Assembly (NCBI GenBank): GCA_046485285.1
Contig: JAWOHE010000087.1
Location: 1-24,685 of the forward strand
Reading direction: 5' to 3'
Length of the DNA stretch: 24,685 nt
Source of the DNA: a bacterium
GTDB taxonomy: Bacteria > Hydrothermota > Tepidihabitantia > Tepidihabitantales > Tepidihabitantaceae
In this document: piece by piece, positions 22,421 to 24,685 of the stretch
Numbering within the stretch: the first letter of the stretch is position 1
Layout: each line of letters opens with the position of its first letter
Notes under the pieces: generated by a model
Databases searched by the model: none
Told to the model about the DNA's origin: nothing
Seen by the model: the letters and a program-made list of their open reading frames with translations, nothing else
Made by a program: the position numbers and the translations under genes

Positions 22421-24565
22421 CTACCACCAGCCGGTCCAGCGGCCGAGGTTGAACTGCAGGATCATCCCGAGGAAGACAATCGAAACCATCGACATCAGCT
22501 TGAGCAGGATGTTCAGCGACGGGCCGGCCGCGTCCTTCAGCGGGTCGCCGACCGTGTCGCCGATGACACTCGCCTTGTGCGCCTCCGAGCCCTTGCCGCC
22601 GAGGTTTCCCTTCTCAATGTACTTCTTGGCGTTGTCCCAGGCCCCGCCCGAGTTCGACATGAACACCGCCTGGCAGAAGCCCGACGACAACCCGCCGACG
22701 AGCAGCCCGACAACTCCCTCGGCACCGAGCAGGACCCCGACCACGACCGGCGAGACGATCGCCAGCAGCGTCGGCGCGATCATCTCCTTCTGCGCCGCCA
22801 GCGTGCAGATCTTCACCGCGCTCGCGTAGTCCGGCTTCGCCTTGCCTTCCATTATCCCGGCAATCTCGCGGAACTGCCGGCGCACCTCGCCGGCAATCTT
22901 CGACGCCGCCCGGCCGACCGCCTTCATTATCATCGCCGCGACGCCCATCGGCAGCATCGCACCGATGAACACGCCCGTGACCAGCCGCGGGTTCATCACC
23001 GACAGGTCGAGCCGGGGCAGGGCGGACAGCAGGTTGTCCGCGACCAGCCGCTTGCCGACGATCCCGACCTCGTGATTGTAGGCCGCGATCAGCGCCAGCG
23101 CGGTCAGCGCCGCCGAGCCGATCGCGAAACCCTTGCCGGTCGCCGCGGTCGTGTTGCCGAGCGCGTCGAGCGCGTCGGTCCGCTCGCGGACCACCGGCTC
23201 CTGCTTGGTCATCTCGGCGTTGCCGCCGGCGTTGTCCGCCACCGGCCCGTAGGCGTCGGTCGCCAGCGTGATGCCGAGGGTCGAGAGCATCCCGACCGCG
23301 GCCACGCCGACGCAGTAGAGCCCGAGCCCGACATTGCCGCCGCCGGCCAGGAAGAAGCTGAGCATTATCGCCACCGCGACGACAATGACGATCGGCAGCG
23401 TCGAGCGCATCCCGACCGACAGCCCCTCGATTATCACCGTCGCCGGTGAGGTCTTCGCCTCGGCGGCGATGTCGCGCACCGGCCGGTAAGTGTCCGAGGT
23501 GTAGCGCTCGGTGAAGTAGCCGATGAACACCCCGGCGAGCAGACCGGTCACGACCGCCCAGTAGACCGAGAAGTTGCCCGGGAGCATCGCTCGGACGATG
23601 AAGAACGCCGCGATCGCGACCATCGCCGTCGCGCCGTAGGTCCCGGCCCGGAGCGCCCGAAGCAGGACCGCCTGCTCCGCCTTCTCGCCTGCCCGGACCA
23701 AGAAGCTCGCGAGGATCGACGCCACGATACCGACCCCGGCCAGCACCATCGGGAACAGCACGCCACTCAGGGTCGCGAACCCGACCGCGGTCACCCCGAC
23801 CGCGAGCGTCATCGTCGCGACCATCGAGTCGACGTAGCTCTCGTACAGGTCCGCGCCCATCCCCGCGATGTCGCCGACGTTGTCGCCGACGTTATCGGCA
23901 ATCACCGCCGGGTTGCGCGGGTCATCCTCGGGAATCCCGGCCTCGACCTTGCCGACGAGGTCCGCGCCGACGTCCGCCGCCTTCGTGAAGATGCCGCCGC
24001 CGACCCGGGCGAACAGCGCCTGCGAGCTCGCGCCGATACCGAACGCGATCATCGCCGAGGTGATGCGCTCGAGCTTCAGCGTCGTGTCCGGCTCCTGGAT
24101 CAGCCAGTTGAGCAGCAGGTACCACAGCGACAGGTCGAGCAGGCCCAGCCCGACCACGACCAGCCCCATCACCATCCCGGCCGAGAACGCAACCCGGAGC
24201 CCGGCGTTCAGGCTCTGCCGGGCGGCCCAGGTCGTCCGCGCGCTCGACCGCACGCCGACCGACATCCCGATGTAGCCGGCCAGCCCGGAGAAGAAGCCGC
24301 CGGTCAGGAAGGCGAACGGCACGTAGATGACCTGGCTCCCGGTCAGGTAGAGGATAAACAGGATGACGAAGACGACCGCGAAGAAGATGCCGACGCCCTT
24401 GTACTGCTGTTTCAGGTAGGCCTGCGCGCCGACCTTCACCGCCAAGGCAATCTCCTTCATCGGCTCGGTACCCTCGCTCAGCCGCATGTTCCGCAGGGCC
24501 AGGACCAGCGCGAAGCCGAGCGCAAGCGCCGACGCCGCCGGCGCTATCCAGAAGACAGGACTCAT
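22421..24565 (-). CDS. hppA: Membrane-integral cation-pumping pyrophosphatase, K+-dependent type
   Basis: GGGIFTKAADVGADLVGKVE, EDDPRNPA..DNVGDNVGD, DAYGPVADNAGG, GNTTAATGKGF, GGAWDNAKK, GDTVGDPLKD. SD AAGGAG. Confidence 0.97.
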   Translation of the reverse strand: MSPVFWIAPAASALALGFALVLALRNMRLSEGTEPMKEIALAVKVGAQAYLKQQYKGVGIFFAVVFVILFILYLTGSQVIYVPFAFLTGGFFSGLAGYIGMSVGVRSSARTTWAARQSLNAGLRVAFSAGMVMGLVVVGLGLLDLSLWYLLLNWLIQEPDTTLKLERITSAMIAFGIGASSQALFARVGGGIFTKAADVGADLVGKVEAGIPEDDPRNPAVIADNVGDNVGDIAGMGADLYESYVDSMVATMTLAVGVTAVGFATLSGVLFPMVLAGVGIVASILASFLVRAGEKAEQAVLLRALRAGTYGATAMVAIAAFFIVRAMLPGNFSVYWAVVTGLLAGVFIGYFTERYTSDTYRPVRDIAAEAKTSPATVIIEGLSVGMRSTLPIVIVVAVAIMLSFFLAGGGNVGLGLYCVGVAAVGMLSTLGITLATDAYGPVADNAGGNAEMTKQEPVVRERTDALDALGNTTAATGKGFAIGSAALTALALIAAYNHEVGIVGKRLVADNLLSALPRLDLSVMNPRLVTGVFIGAMLPMGVAAMIMKAVGRAASKIAGEVRRQFREIAGIMEGKAKPDYASAVKICTLAAQKEMIAPTLLAIVSPVVVGVLLGAEGVVGLLVGGLSSGFCQAVFMSNSGGAWDNAKKYIEKGNLGGKGSEAHKASVIGDTVGDPLKDAAGPSLNILLKLMSMVSIVFLGMILQFNLGRWTGWW

Positions 24566-24630
24566 CGTGGCTACTCCTTTCTCGATGCCGAGACAAGAAA
24601 ACCGCGGGCAAAATTGTTCTGCGAGCCACG

Positions 24631-24658
24631 ATTATATGAACGAACCGGCGCTCGTCAA
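24631..24658 (-). promoter_or_regulatory. sigma70-like promoter of hppA
   Basis: TTGACG-16 bp-TATAAT on the minus strand. Confidence 0.75.
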
Positions 24659-24685
24659 CACGGCCCGGACCGCCCGCACCGGGAT

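Overview
A very GC-rich bacterial chromosomal segment from a diderm organism (LptD, lipoproteins, alpha-2-macroglobulin). The C-terminal sorting-like domains and gene content resemble uncultured FCB-related lineages such as WOR-3; this is inference only. The window opens in the 3' end of an IS3-family element. It continues with a frameshifted secreted-protein remnant, a DUF4177 gene, an unusual class II aldolase-SpoU/TrmH fusion and an alpha-2-macroglobulin/PBP1C operon. Next come a small probable lipoprotein, a ~1.2 kb repeat-rich intergenic region, a secreted FlgD-Ig-tailed protein, an adenosine-specific kinase family gene and an HdrD/GlpC-like Fe-S protein. It ends with PBP1A, an HhH-GPD glycosylase lacking a canonical start, LptD, Maf, a lipoprotein and a membrane pyrophosphatase. 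Four things stand out. (1) Two diverged tandem modules at 11945-12740, each a 12-bp-period array followed by a conserved 64-bp tail. (2) A window-wide sigma70-like promoter pattern with mostly 16-bp spacers and several apparently leaderless genes. (3) The aldolase-methyltransferase fusion. (4) An identical C-x10-C-x17-C-x2-H motif in both PBPs. No tRNA, rRNA or CRISPR array was seen, and no complete novel multi-gene system is evident.
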